A DNA stretch of 64,000 bases from Bacteroidales bacterium (GTDB taxonomy: Bacteria > Bacteroidota > Bacteroidia > Bacteroidales > UBA10428), in assembly GCA_016938235.1 (NCBI GenBank), contig JAFGVA010000063.1, positions 56,010 through 120,009 of the forward strand, written 5' to 3'. The translations under genes were made by a program, and so were the position numbers. The notes below the pieces were generated by a model. It was not told where the DNA came from. It searched no databases and saw nothing but the letters and a program-made list of their open reading frames with translations. Shown here in pieces: positions 46,220 to 57,600 of this stretch (its first letter is position 1; the number at the start of each line of letters is the position of its first letter).

Positions 46220-47302
46220 TTATATGAAAGGCATTTTAATTACAGAAGCTTCAATAGCCTTGTTCCTGATTTTTACAAATATTTTTTCGCCAACTTTTGC
46301 ATACTCCGATTTTATATAACCCATGCCAATACCTTTTTGCAGAATCGGCGACATGGTTCCGGAAGTTACTTTGCCAATTATTTCATCTGACTTATTGACG
46401 AGCTCATAATCGTGCCTGGGGATTCCCCGCCCAATCATTTCAAAGCCGACAAGTTTTCTTAATACTCCATCTTTCTTTTGTTTTTCAAGTAAGGGTCTGT
46501 CAATAAAATCTTTGCCAGCAACAAATTTAACAACCCAACCCAGACCTGCTTCGATGGGCGAGGTTGAATCATCAATATCATTTCCGTATAGGCTGTAACC
46601 CATTTCAAGTCGCAAAGTATCTCTGGCTGCCAGTCCGGTTGGTAATAAACCATCCGGTTCTCCGGCTTTTATTAAAGCATCCCATATTTTTCCGGCAGAT
46701 TCATTATAACAATAAATTTCATAGCCTCCGGCTCCGGTATAACCAGTATTAGAAATAATGACCTCCTTTTCCCCGGCTACTATATTGGTAGTAAAATGAA
46801 AACTTTGAATCGCATCCAAATCGACATCTGTAATTTGTTGCAGGATTGATTTGGCTTTTGGCCCCTGAAGGGCAATTAAAGACATCGAATCTGACGCATT
46901 TTCCAATTCTGCATTGTATGTGTTTTTAGAATTAAACCATTCCCAGTCTTTTTCAATATTGGCAGCATTAACAACAGTCATGTATTTATCATCTTCATAG
47001 CGGTAAATAATCAGATCATCAACAATACCACCTTTTCCGTTGGTTAATATGGAATACTGTGCTTGTCCAACCGATAATTTTGAAACATCGTTAGTTGTAA
47101 TTTTTTGAAGCAACTTGATGGCATTTTTCCCTTTAACCCAAAATTCGCCCATATGCGAAACATCAAATATTCCGGCAGAATCTCTCACAGCCATATGCTC
47201 TTTAATAACACCTGAATATTCCAAAGGCATATTGTATCCGGCAAAAGGAACCATTTTAGCTTTTAAGGCGAGATGCTGTTTTACTAAAGATGTATTTTTC
47301 AT
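46220..47302 (-). CDS. gcvT: Glycine cleavage system aminomethyltransferase (T protein)
   Basis: Motifs MVPFAGYNMPLEY, GIFDVSHMGE and LQGP. The ORF-track start at 47329 is a GTG, and ATG 47302 (MKNTSLVK) is more likely. Confidence 0.9.
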   Translation of the reverse strand: MKNTSLVKQHLALKAKMVPFAGYNMPLEYSGVIKEHMAVRDSAGIFDVSHMGEFWVKGKNAIKLLQKITTNDVSKLSVGQAQYSILTNGKGGIVDDLIIYRYEDDKYMTVVNAANIEKDWEWFNSKNTYNAELENASDSMSLIALQGPKAKSILQQITDVDLDAIQSFHFTTNIVAGEKEVIISNTGYTGAGGYEIYCYNESAGKIWDALIKAGEPDGLLPTGLAARDTLRLEMGYSLYGNDIDDSTSPIEAGLGWVVKFVAGKDFIDRPLLEKQKKDGVLRKLVGFEMIGRGIPRHDYELVNKSDEIIGKVTSGTMSPILQKGIGMGYIKSEYAKVGEKIFVKIRNKAIEASVIKMPFI

Positions 47303-47532
47303 TTGTTTGTGTTTTATTATTGTGTTCACCCCTGTAGGGTGTTGAATTGTTATGAATAATCCGAATCGAGCTGATTGGTATTGATGACAAAATACGGATT
47401 ACCCCGATAAAATGATCTGATTTTTAACAGTAAAATACAAAAGAATTTACATAGCAAGTGTTTAATCTGATCGATGTGCAAAAGTATACGTTTTTCTAAA
47501 AAGTAAAACAGGAATAGCTTCCGAATTAGGAA

Positions 47533-47566
47533 TAAACAAAAAAGCTGTTTCAAAATGAAACAGCTT
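47533..47566 (-). terminator. Rho-independent terminator downstream of the OmpA-family gene
   Basis: A 10-bp perfect stem AAGCTGTTTC/GAAACAGCTT (47542-47551 / 47557-47566) with a 5-nt loop. On the minus strand it is followed by TTTTTGTTT, 21 nt after the stop. Confidence 0.75.
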
Positions 47567-47587
47567 CTCTGATGTTAAAAAAATCAT

Positions 47588-49678
47588 TTACTTACTTAAA
47601 ATCTTGAATTCAACCCTCCGGTTTTGCGCTCTTCCTTCAGGCGTATTATTTGGTGCAATCGGAGATTCATATCCATAACCTTTGTATTCCAGCCTTTCGG
47701 CAGCAATGCCACCCTGCACTATAAAATCGACACATGATTTGGCACGATCGTTTGATAATTTCAGGTTGCTTTTGGCAGAACCAACATTATCGGTATGCCC
47801 CGAAATTTCCAGTCGCAAGGTTGGATTATTTTCTAGTAATCTTACAACCGAATGAAGTGTTGCATAGGACTCAGGCAATAAATTTGATTTTCCGGTTTCG
47901 AAATAAATATTCTGTAAAACTACTTTAGCTCCTACTTCAACCCTTTCAAGCTCGAAATTTCTAACAATAACTTCATCGTAGGTTGCAGCAGTTAAATCGA
48001 GTATATCAAGAAACATTAAATAACCCGATGCATTAATGTCAACACCATATTTTTTTGATTCCGGTATTCGGAGTGAATAATTTCCAGTTGAATCGCAAAT
48101 AGCAACAGCAACACTTTCGTTTGTTTCCTGGTCAATCAGCTCAATTTTCGCTTTAACAGGCTCCTGGTTTTCTGAATCTGTCACAAAACCTCTCATTAAT
48201 AAGCGTGTATCAATATCAAGCAGCTTTGATTTCTCGAAATAAATATCATCAACCGGATCTTTAATACCCTTAATCGGATCCTCGAGATATGAAACATACA
48301 TTTGTTTTTCGGAACCCAGGTAAATAACCTTGTATATGTCCATTCCACCTATTCCCGATTCACGATTTGTTGAATAATAGGCTGTTTTATTGTCGGGCAT
48401 CACACTATAAAAAATATCGTCGTTTGGTGTATTTACGGGATAACCCAGGTTCACTGGTTTTGACCACAGGTTTACATTTCCAAGTTCCGATTTAAACACA
48501 TCGTAACCTCCCATTGAGTTGTGCCCTTTAGAACTGAAATATAAAACACTGTCATTTGCCGAAAGACTTACGCCAACTTCATCCCAGAAAGTATTTATTG
48601 TATTTCCTATATTCTGAGGTTTATTCCATTTACCTTTTGCGTTTTTTGTGCAGAAATAAATGTCGGTTCCCCCGTAAGAATCCTTATCGATGTTTGAAAT
48701 AAAATAGAGCCTTTGGCCATTAGACGATATGCACATTGATGTTTCCCTGTTTTTGCTTTCAAACTTTTTGAGTGGTTTTGGCTTTTTCCACTTCCCTTTG
48801 TCAAATTCGGTATAATAAAGGTCGCCCTCGTTTTCTTTACCCTTGTAGAGGTATAATTTATCTTTTGTATCAGACATACCTACAATAGCAATGTGAGTCC
48901 TGTTTTTCTTTCCTACGATTTTATCACTTATTCTTTGGGCCATTGTCCACTTGCCATCTTTAAATTCAGAATAAAAAATATCCTCAAAGAATTTATCATC
49001 AATAATACTTCGGCTTGATTTCTCGTCGAGACGGCGGCGCGATGTAAAATATAATTCGCTTCCATCCGATGGTAATACTGCAGAATACTCATCAAAAATG
49101 GTGTTAATATTTTCACCAAGATTATTGATCACAACGCGAACGGGGTCTAACACAAGATCACGTCCATGCTTACATTGCCGAATATACATGTTAATCTGTT
49201 CCTGGTATCTTTCAACCTCCTTAGATGGAAGGTTTTTCAGGAACATATTATATTCTTCGATAGCATTATCGAATTCATTCACCTGGTGGTATGCCATAGC
49301 AAGCATCAGATGAATATCGAATGATACTTTTTGTTTAAGCTGAAAAGCCTTCTGAATGTATTTAATAGATTCAAATTTATTATCGGTAAACAGGTAGCAT
49401 CTGCCTATCATGTAGTTCAACTCAGGGTTGTTTTCATTATACTTATAAGCATCAAGATAGTAATCTCTGGCTTCCCGGTAAGAACCCGGTCCGGCTACAT
49501 AAAGCCAGTTAGCTTCGCGAACAGCTCTCCAGGCTTCCTTGAACCCATATTCTTCCTGCTTAAATTCCTTCCGTTTAATTTTTACAGGTAGTTGTTTGTA
49601 GTTTTGTGAATAACCTGACAATAAAAAACCTGAAAGAAATAAAATTATAAGTATTGTTTTGCGGATAAATCTGTTCAT
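47588..49678 (-). CDS. OmpA-family outer-membrane/peptidoglycan-associated protein with TPR, TolB-like beta-propeller and CarboxypepD_reg-like regions
   Basis: A signal peptide, TPR-like N-terminus and WD40-like repeats (YFTS../YFSS..GG.DIY). The C-terminal OmpA_C motif reads LEISGHTDNVGSAKSNLKLSNDRAKSC...NRRVEF. Confidence 0.85.
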   Translation of the reverse strand: MNRFIRKTILIILFLSGFLLSGYSQNYKQLPVKIKRKEFKQEEYGFKEAWRAVREANWLYVAGPGSYREARDYYLDAYKYNENNPELNYMIGRCYLFTDNKFESIKYIQKAFQLKQKVSFDIHLMLAMAYHQVNEFDNAIEEYNMFLKNLPSKEVERYQEQINMYIRQCKHGRDLVLDPVRVVINNLGENINTIFDEYSAVLPSDGSELYFTSRRRLDEKSSRSIIDDKFFEDIFYSEFKDGKWTMAQRISDKIVGKKNRTHIAIVGMSDTKDKLYLYKGKENEGDLYYTEFDKGKWKKPKPLKKFESKNRETSMCISSNGQRLYFISNIDKDSYGGTDIYFCTKNAKGKWNKPQNIGNTINTFWDEVGVSLSANDSVLYFSSKGHNSMGGYDVFKSELGNVNLWSKPVNLGYPVNTPNDDIFYSVMPDNKTAYYSTNRESGIGGMDIYKVIYLGSEKQMYVSYLEDPIKGIKDPVDDIYFEKSKLLDIDTRLLMRGFVTDSENQEPVKAKIELIDQETNESVAVAICDSTGNYSLRIPESKKYGVDINASGYLMFLDILDLTAATYDEVIVRNFELERVEVGAKVVLQNIYFETGKSNLLPESYATLHSVVRLLENNPTLRLEISGHTDNVGSAKSNLKLSNDRAKSCVDFIVQGGIAAERLEYKGYGYESPIAPNNTPEGRAQNRRVEFKILSK

Positions 49679-49683
49679 GATGC

Positions 49684-50757
49684 TTATTCCTTACATTCTT
49701 TAAGATAAGTATTTGCTTGCTCTATGCCTAGTTCGGCTGCCATTTGCCAATCGGCACATGCTTCTTGGAGCATACCCTGAAGTTCAAAGGTCAAGCCTCT
49801 GTTTAATATGGCAGGAGCATATTTTTCATCAAGCCCGATTGCCTGATTAAACCAATCAATAGCGCCTTCATAGTTTCCCTTATTATACTCAATGCTACCC
49901 ATATTAGAAATTATTTCCACTGATTCCGGATTTAATTCATAGGCTTTGGCAAAATCGTCGGCTGCACCATCTACATTGGCCAGTGTTAATCTTGTTCCAC
50001 CCCTGTTATTATAGGCAATGAAGCTTGTAGTATCAAGATTTATAGCAAGGGTATAATCTCTCTCTGCTCCCTGGTAATCTCCGATTTGTCTTTTAGCATC
50101 GCCCATGTTTATGTAGCCCTGAATAAGACCGGCATCGTATGTTACAGAAAGTCTGTAATCGTAAATTGCTCCCTGAAAATCGCCCAACATATTTTTTGCA
50201 GTTCCACGGTCGTGGTAAGCTTTTGGGTATTCAGAATTCAGTTCCAATGCAATGGAATAATCTGCAGCAGCACCTTCAATATCACCCTCAAGGTGTTTCA
50301 TCAGACCTCTGTAATAGTATCCCTGGGGTGCAGCAAATCCATGAATAATTGCATTATCAAAATCTGCTGAACTAACAGTCAGGCTATCTTGCCTTAATAA
50401 ATGAAGATCCTTAACAAACATACTAAATGCCAGATTGAAATAGGCTTCACCAAAGTTTGGATCCAGGTCAGAGGCCTTTTCAAACTCCATTATTGCGTCG
50501 CTGTATCTTTCTTTGCTGAAGAAAATTTTTCCCCTTTCATTTATAGCCTTTGCAAAGTCTGGTCTTATTAAAACTGCACTGTCAAAATAAAAAAGAGCAG
50601 AATAATAATCTTGTTCCAGAACCCGCTTAATACCATCGTTGTACAGTTTCTCCGACTTTTTTTTCTTTTTATAACTGTCCGGATCAGCTCCCTGCTGTGC
50701 TGCTAAATGCAAACACAACAAGCTGGTTATTAACAGAAATACATATTTATTTTTCAT
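49684..50757 (-). CDS. Tetratricopeptide-repeat protein (secreted or lipoprotein-like)
   Basis: A signal peptide followed by 8 or more TPR units (recurring A..Y..A..L.P....AY.NRG). Its stop lies 5 nt upstream of the OmpA-family start. Confidence 0.85.
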   Translation of the reverse strand: MKNKYVFLLITSLLCLHLAAQQGADPDSYKKKKKSEKLYNDGIKRVLEQDYYSALFYFDSAVLIRPDFAKAINERGKIFFSKERYSDAIMEFEKASDLDPNFGEAYFNLAFSMFVKDLHLLRQDSLTVSSADFDNAIIHGFAAPQGYYYRGLMKHLEGDIEGAAADYSIALELNSEYPKAYHDRGTAKNMLGDFQGAIYDYRLSVTYDAGLIQGYINMGDAKRQIGDYQGAERDYTLAINLDTTSFIAYNNRGGTRLTLANVDGAADDFAKAYELNPESVEIISNMGSIEYNKGNYEGAIDWFNQAIGLDEKYAPAILNRGLTFELQGMLQEACADWQMAAELGIEQANTYLKECKE

Positions 50758-50970
50758 CTGCAGTTAGTTATTTTAATAGCAATGCGGAGCTTTTGAGAAA
50801 TAATCAAATACAATTCAAAATAATTAAATAAAACTCCTTAATTTCAATTATATCTTAAATTACAATATTTTATACATACGTAGATTGCAATTGAAGAGTT
50901 ATATTCAATGTTAAAATAAAAAAATAAATTATATTTATTCAAAATTTATCCATTTTAGATATTAACCATT

Positions 50971-51324
50971 GTGAGAATTGATTTGACTTATATGAAAAAT
51001 ATGTCAGCCGGAAATAAGGAGCTGGTACTTGAGATGATTGACATATTTAAAAATCAGGTTGAGGAATTTAATGACGAAATGGAAAGCCTGAATAAAAATA
51101 AAGAGTATGAAAAACTCGGTAAACTTGCCCATAAGGCTAAATCTTCGATTTCGATAATGGGCTTACACGAATTGGCAACAGACCTAAAAACTCTTGAAAA
51201 TATTGCCAAAGCAGGTACTGATGTTGAGACATATCCGAAGTATATTGCGAAATTCAGGGAACAAACAGCCGAAGCACTAGAAGAATTAGACGAAGTTTCA
51301 AAAAATATAGATTTATATATTTAA
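50971..51324 (+). CDS. Stand-alone histidine phosphotransfer (Hpt) domain protein
   Basis: 117 aa with the Hpt motif LGKLAHKAKSSISIMGL (H.LKGS-type phospho-His). The start is GTG at 50971, with an alternative ATG at 50992. Confidence 0.7.
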   Translation: MRIDLTYMKNMSAGNKELVLEMIDIFKNQVEEFNDEMESLNKNKEYEKLGKLAHKAKSSISIMGLHELATDLKTLENIAKAGTDVETYPKYIAKFREQTAEALEELDEVSKNIDLYI

Positions 51325-51336
51325 ACCATAACAACT

Positions 51337-51672
51337 ATGCTAAAAGTTGAAAATGTTAATAACGTTATTGTTACAAGATTTGATAATGTTGATCGTTTTA
51401 ACGCCTTGATCACTGAACAAGTTAAGGAAGAATTAAAGAAAATTTTATCTGCCCCAAATACGAACCTGGCTTTAAACCTTAAAGGCGTAAAATTTATTGA
51501 CAGCTCTGGCTTTGGCGTATTTCTTTCGGTTCTGAAAACTGCTGCCAGTAACAAAGGAAAGTTTAAACTCTGCTGTATTGGCAAAGAGGTTTTAGAACTC
51601 TTCAAATTATTGCAGCTTCATAATGTTTTTGAAATTCACGAAAGCGAGGAGGCATGTGTAGCTAGTTTCTAA
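51337..51672 (+). CDS. STAS-domain protein (anti-sigma-factor antagonist family)
   Basis: 111 aa. The motif LKGVKFIDSSGFGVFL carries the conserved DSSG phospho-serine position of SpoIIAA/RsbV-type proteins. Confidence 0.85.
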   Translation: MLKVENVNNVIVTRFDNVDRFNALITEQVKEELKKILSAPNTNLALNLKGVKFIDSSGFGVFLSVLKTAASNKGKFKLCCIGKEVLELFKLLQLHNVFEIHESEEACVASF

Positions 51673-54257
51673 TTTTTAAAAACCAGCCTGCCGCCTTCGT
51701 ACGAAACCACCACAGGTTTTTCTTTGTTTATTGTTCCGGCAATTATTTCGCGTGATAATTGATTTAATATTTCGCGCTGAATGATTCGTTTTACAGGTCT
51801 TGCTCCAAATTGCGGATCATAACCTGTTTCGGCAACATGATCTATTGCAGCATCATCTATTTTCAATTGAACTCCGGAATTTGAGAGTTTCTCTGTTAGC
51901 AGCTCAATCTGTAATTTTATTACATCTCTGATATTTTCAGAACTCAAGGGTGTAAACATTATAAGTTCATCTATTCTGTTAAGAAACTCAGGACGCATTG
52001 TTTTTTTCATCAGACCAAGCACTTCGTTTCTCAGATTATCGAATATTTCTTGGTGATTCTTATTGTTTACAGCATCCATTCTTTCTAAAATTAAATGTGA
52101 ACCGATGTTACTGGTCATTATAATAATTGTGTTCTTGAAGTTAACATGCCTTCCTTTGTTATCGGTAAGTCTGCCATCATCTAAAACCTGGAGGAGTATA
52201 TTGAACACATCGGGATGCGCTTTTTCTATTTCGTCTAATAATACCACCGAATAGGGTTTTCTGCGAACTGCTTCTGTCAGTTGGCCCCCTTCATCATAAC
52301 CTACATAACCCGGAGGAGCACCAATTAGTCTTGAAACGGAATGCCTTTCCTGGTATTCAGACATATCAATACGGGTTATCATGTTTTCGTCGTTAAACAA
52401 AACCCCGGCCAATGCTTTTGCCAACTCTGTTTTACCAACACCGGTTGTACCCAGGAAAATAAAGGAACCAATTGGTCTGTTTATATCCTGCAGGCCTGCA
52501 CGACTCCTTCGAACTGCATCGGAAACAGCTTTTACGGCTTCATTCTGACCAATAAGACGCTTATGTAATTCTTCTTCAAGGTGTAATAGTTTAGACCTTT
52601 CGCCTTCAAGCATTTTCGATACTGGAATACCTGTCCAGCTTGAAACAATTGCTGCAATATCCTCAGCTTCAACTTCTTCTTTAATAAGCGCCGATTTCTT
52701 TTGTTGTTCTTCAAGCAGTTTTTTTAATTTTTCAATTTCTTCTTCCGCCTCTTTAATTTTACCATACCTCAGCTCAGCAACCTTACCATATTCACCGGCT
52801 CTTTCGGCTTTTTCTGCTTCGAACTTAAAATTCTCAATATCCGATTTATTCAGTTGAATTTTATTAACGAGATCTTTCTCTGATTCCCACTTTGCTCTCA
52901 AACGTGCCCGTTCTTCCGAAAGATTTGCCAGTTCAGAAATTATCTGTTCAATTTTGGCTTTATCTCCTTCTCTTTTAATTGCTTCACGCTCAATTTCCAA
53001 CTGTTTAATCCTACGCTCTAAATCATCGATTTCCTGTGGAACCGAATTCATTTCGATTCTCATTTTCGAAGCTGCTTCATCAATCAAATCAATAGCTTTA
53101 TCTGGTAAAAATCTGTCAGTAATATACCTGCTTGAAAGCTCCACTGAGGCTATTATGGCTTCGTCTTTAATTCTGACTTTATGATGGTTTTCATAACGCT
53201 CTTTCAATCCTCTAAGAATTGATATGGCACTCAAAACATCAGGCTCATCAACCATAACAAGCTGAAATCTTCTTTCAAGTGCTTTATCTTTCTCGAAAAA
53301 TTTCTGATACTCGTTTAATGTAGTTGCTCCAATAGCTCGCAATTCGCCCCTGGCCAACGCCGGCTTCAAAATATTTGCGGCATCCATAGCACCTTCGGAT
53401 TTACCGGCACCAACAAGGGTATGAATCTCATCGATAAAAAGAATAATTTCTCCTTCAGAAGTTATCACTTCTTTGATAACGGCTTTTAAACGCTCTTCAA
53501 ATTCGCCCTTATATTTTGCTCCGGCAATCAATGCCCCCATATCCAGAGAAAAAACCTGTTTGGTTTTGAGGTTTTCAGGAACATCTCCGGCAATAATTCT
53601 ATGAGCCAGACCTTCGGCTATAGCAGTTTTACCCACACCCGGCTCGCCAATAAGAATTGGATTATTCTTTGTACGTCGTGAAAGAATCTGCAGAATTCTT
53701 CTGATTTCATCATCACGGCCTATTACAGGATCAAGCTTTCCTTTTCGTGCACTATCATTCAGGTTTATAGCATATTTATTTAACGCATTATATTGATCTT
53801 CGGCAGATTGACTATTAACTTTTTCCCCCTTTCTCAATTCGGCTATTGCCAAATCTATATTTTTCTCTGTTACACCATTGTCTTTCAATATTTGTGAAAC
53901 CTGGTCTCCGGTACCAAACAAGCCTTTTAAAATATATTCGGCAGTAACATACTGATCGCCTGACTTTTTAGAAAAAGAAACTGCTTTCTGAAGAGCCTCG
54001 TTTGCTTTTGAACTAAAGTAAATTTCTCCGCCTGAGACTTTTGGAAAAGAATGCATTAATCGTTCAACTACCTGTTCAATAACTTTGGTATTTGCTCCTA
54101 TCTTGCTTAAAATATAGGCCAACACATCTGGAGCATTATCTGATAAAGATTTATATAAATGAGCTGTCTCAACCGATTGATGCTCTCTCTCCTGGGCATA
54201 TTGCAATGCATGCTGTACTATTTCCTGCGACTTAATTGTGAAATTATTGAGGTTCAT
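51669..54257 (-). CDS. clpB: ATP-dependent disaggregase chaperone ClpB
   Basis: 862 aa. It has two AAA+ modules ([18 protein letters not shown]) separated by a long coiled-coil middle domain, plus an N-terminal Clp_N repeat. Confidence 0.95.
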   Translation of the reverse strand: MNLNNFTIKSQEIVQHALQYAQEREHQSVETAHLYKSLSDNAPDVLAYILSKIGANTKVIEQVVERLMHSFPKVSGGEIYFSSKANEALQKAVSFSKKSGDQYVTAEYILKGLFGTGDQVSQILKDNGVTEKNIDLAIAELRKGEKVNSQSAEDQYNALNKYAINLNDSARKGKLDPVIGRDDEIRRILQILSRRTKNNPILIGEPGVGKTAIAEGLAHRIIAGDVPENLKTKQVFSLDMGALIAGAKYKGEFEERLKAVIKEVITSEGEIILFIDEIHTLVGAGKSEGAMDAANILKPALARGELRAIGATTLNEYQKFFEKDKALERRFQLVMVDEPDVLSAISILRGLKERYENHHKVRIKDEAIIASVELSSRYITDRFLPDKAIDLIDEAASKMRIEMNSVPQEIDDLERRIKQLEIEREAIKREGDKAKIEQIISELANLSEERARLRAKWESEKDLVNKIQLNKSDIENFKFEAEKAERAGEYGKVAELRYGKIKEAEEEIEKLKKLLEEQQKKSALIKEEVEAEDIAAIVSSWTGIPVSKMLEGERSKLLHLEEELHKRLIGQNEAVKAVSDAVRRSRAGLQDINRPIGSFIFLGTTGVGKTELAKALAGVLFNDENMITRIDMSEYQERHSVSRLIGAPPGYVGYDEGGQLTEAVRRKPYSVVLLDEIEKAHPDVFNILLQVLDDGRLTDNKGRHVNFKNTIIIMTSNIGSHLILERMDAVNNKNHQEIFDNLRNEVLGLMKKTMRPEFLNRIDELIMFTPLSSENIRDVIKLQIELLTEKLSNSGVQLKIDDAAIDHVAETGYDPQFGARPVKRIIQREILNQLSREIIAGTINKEKPVVVSYEGGRLVFKN

Positions 54258-54640
54258 GGTACTTATATTTTTTGTGTTTTCATTTTGAATTGCTTTTCAA
54301 TATCCACTTAGGCTCTATTGTTAACTCATACAATTCGAACTGAAATGCTCAAATTACTTACCATTAATAATTTTAAGTCATAATGACATTTGAAGAGAAA
54401 TAAATTACGCCATAATGACTGACTTATAGGTTTTTACGTGTCTTTTTGTCATAAGCAATATATTGGAATAAGCTGTGCTTAATTTATCTACCATGAAATC
54501 TGAAATGCCATAACTTAAAATGTTAATATTTATGTCTTTTAAACCTGAAAAAAATAGTATATTAATGGATTGATAAACGTAACAAACCTTATAGCTTTCC
54601 GTAGAAAGTCTAGAAATCAATCCTATACAGCAATCTCTAA

Positions 54641-57600
54641 ATGAGCGAGCAGATTCTAAAAGCATTAATGGAATTATTTGCCATTATTGCAAGACCAGAA
54701 AATAATGAGTCAACGGGCCTTGACAGAAGACCGGTGGTTGAATCGTTTCTCAAGAGACAACTCAATGAGGATCTGGTTGGCGCATACCTGAAGATATACG
54801 ACACATTTTTTGAGAAACATCAGAGTTTGATTAATCGCAGAGGAAAAAAAAGAATCGGCCCTGATTCTGTTAAATTGCTCAGGATTTGTGACGAAATTAA
54901 TCGTGAGCTTACTCAGCAGCAAAAATTTATCGTGCTGGTTAACCTTTTTGAATTTGTAAATAGCGATAATCTTGAAATCTCATCCCAGGAGTATGAATTT
55001 ATTGCAACTGTATCTGATTCGTTCTATATAGAGCGAGCCGAACACGAAGATATTAAGCAGTATGTTGTTGCTAATGAAAATATAATTCCGAACCTTGACA
55101 AAATACTTTTAATTGATGGAAAAGAAGGTTCGCCAAGCGGTGTAAAACACCTCAAAAAGAGCCAGCTAAAGGGACAATTGCGAATTTTGCATATTGTTTC
55201 GGCAAATATGTTTCTTCTACGTTACCTTGGGAACCACGAACTATATCTTAACGGACAGCTTTTACAAGCCGATAAAGTTTATGTTTTCAATACGGGTTCT
55301 TCTATTCGAAATCACACCATAAAGCCCATTTATTACAGCGATGTTGTAAGTCTTTTTCATGCAACAAATGCCGAGTCTCATATTGAGTTTATTGTTCAGG
55401 ATATTGCCTATAAATTCAAAAACGAGACTATTGGCTTGCACCCCATGAGTTTCCATGAGCGATCGGGCAGGCTGGTAGGTATTATGGGTGCCAGTGGTGC
55501 TGGAAAATCAACCCTGCTTAATATTCTAAATGGAACAAACACTCCACATTCAGGTTCTGTATTAATAAATGGAAAGAATATTCATTCTGAAAAAAAGGAA
55601 GTTGAAGGCTTGATAGGTTTTGTTTCGCAGGATGACTTATTGATTGAAGAACTTTCTGTATTTCAGAATTTATATTACAATGCTAAACTTTGTTTTAGTA
55701 ATTATACCGAGCAAGAACTTGTTGAAGCAGTGGATAAAATGCTTCAAAGTCTTGGCTTATATGAGATAAAAGATATTCAGGTTGGTTCGCCTTTAAACAA
55801 AAAAATAAGTGGCGGACAAAGAAAAAGGTTGAACATAGCACTGGAGCTTATTCGAGAGCCTGCTGTTCTGTTTCTTGATGAACCCACTTCGGGTCTTTCG
55901 TCGAGAGATTCAGAAAATATAATGGACCTGTTAAAGGAACTCTCCCTGAAGGGAAAACTGGTGTTTGTGGTAATTCATCAGCCTTCGTCTGATATTTTTA
56001 AAATGTTTGACAAGCTGGTTATTCTGGATACCGGTGGCTATATGATTTACGATGGTGACCCGATAGATTCTATCCTGTATTTTAAATCGAAAATACACCA
56101 TGCCAATTATAACGAAAGCGAATGCCGAATCTGTGGTAATGTAAATCCCGAACAAATATTCAATATTGTTGAATCGAATGTATTGGATGAATACGGAAAA
56201 TTTACCCGGAACAGGAAAATATCGCCAAAACAGTGGTATACCTTTTACATTGATGAGCGGAATAAAAATGAAATACCCTCAACAAAAGAAATTGATCTGC
56301 CAAAAATCTCATTTAAAATTCCAAATAAAATAAAGCAGTTCTTTATTTTCTCTACCCGCGATATACTTTCTAAACTATCGAACAAACAATACCTGATAAT
56401 AAACTTCCTTGAAGCACCTGTTCTTGCTTTTGTTCTCGGATTTATTATTAAGTATTTTAATGTTAGTGAATCTAACGATCTCGGGTATAATCTAATGGGA
56501 AACAGTAATCTTCCGGTTTATATTTTCATGTCGGTTATTATTGCCATTTTCATGGGCCTCACCGTTAGTGCCGAAGAAATTATTAAAGACAGGAAGATTC
56601 TTAAGAGAGAAGCTTTCCTGAACTTAAGCTGGTCGAGTTACCTTTTTTCTAAAGCAGGAGTACAGTTAATAATTTCGGCTATACAGTCGTTTCTTTTTGT
56701 AATTGTTGGAAACAGCATTATGGAAATTAAGGGTATGTACCTCGATTACTGGATAATACTTTTTAGTTGCTGGGTATCGGCCAATATGATAGGCTTGGTT
56801 ATTTCGGACACATTTGATACTGTTGTTACCATTTATATTCTAATACCTTTTTTAGTTATACCTCAAATAATACTGAGCGGTGTAATTGTGAAGTATGAAA
56901 AACTGAATCCCAAAATATCGTCTCCTGATAAAATTCCGGGTTACGGTGAAATAATAACTGCCCGCTGGGGTTATGAAGCATTGGCTGTTCATCAGTTTAA
57001 GGATAATATCTATATGAAAGCATTTTATCCGTACAATAAACTTATGAGCATTTGCGAATTTAAAAAAGACTATTGGGTAAAGGATCTGGAAAACAAAGTT
57101 GATTTCATCTCAAAATACTACGATGATAAAAGCAAACAGGATAAAATTGATGATTATTTGGATTTGTTGTATCATGAAATATTAAAAGAAACTGTAGCAA
57201 ATAATAAGGTTAAATTTCTGCAAATTGAAAAACTTTCGAATAAGACTTTAGATACAGAAGTAATAGATGAACTTAGGAGTTACTTAAAAATCATAAACCG
57301 GTTTTACATCAGGCTGTTTAATGAAGTTAGCGATGAGCGGGACAAGATCATCCGGGAAAATGAAAACACAAAAGAGAAAAAAGCTGCTTTCCTTGAATTA
57401 AAAAGAAGATATTCAAACGACAAGCTTCAGGAATTTGTGGAAAATAATAATGAAACTGTTCGTTACGTAGAATATAAAGGACAACTGATACAAAAGATAG
57501 ACCCGATATATTTAGATCCGGAACCCGGATTTCTGAAAGCTCATTTCTATGCTCCGCGTAAAATGCTTTTTGGAAAATACATTGACACATTCTGGGTTAA

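Noticed and set aside
47303-47540. Glycine riboswitch upstream of gcvT.
   Set aside because: I read the minus strand of the leader and could not find the conserved GGAGAG ... ACCGAAGGGGCAA-type cores of either aptamer. A covariance-model scan would be needed to exclude it formally.
54405-54665. An 86-aa minus-strand ORF in the clpB / ABC intergenic region.
   Set aside because: It overlaps the start of the ABC gene, lies in AT-rich promoter-like sequence and has no recognisable motif.
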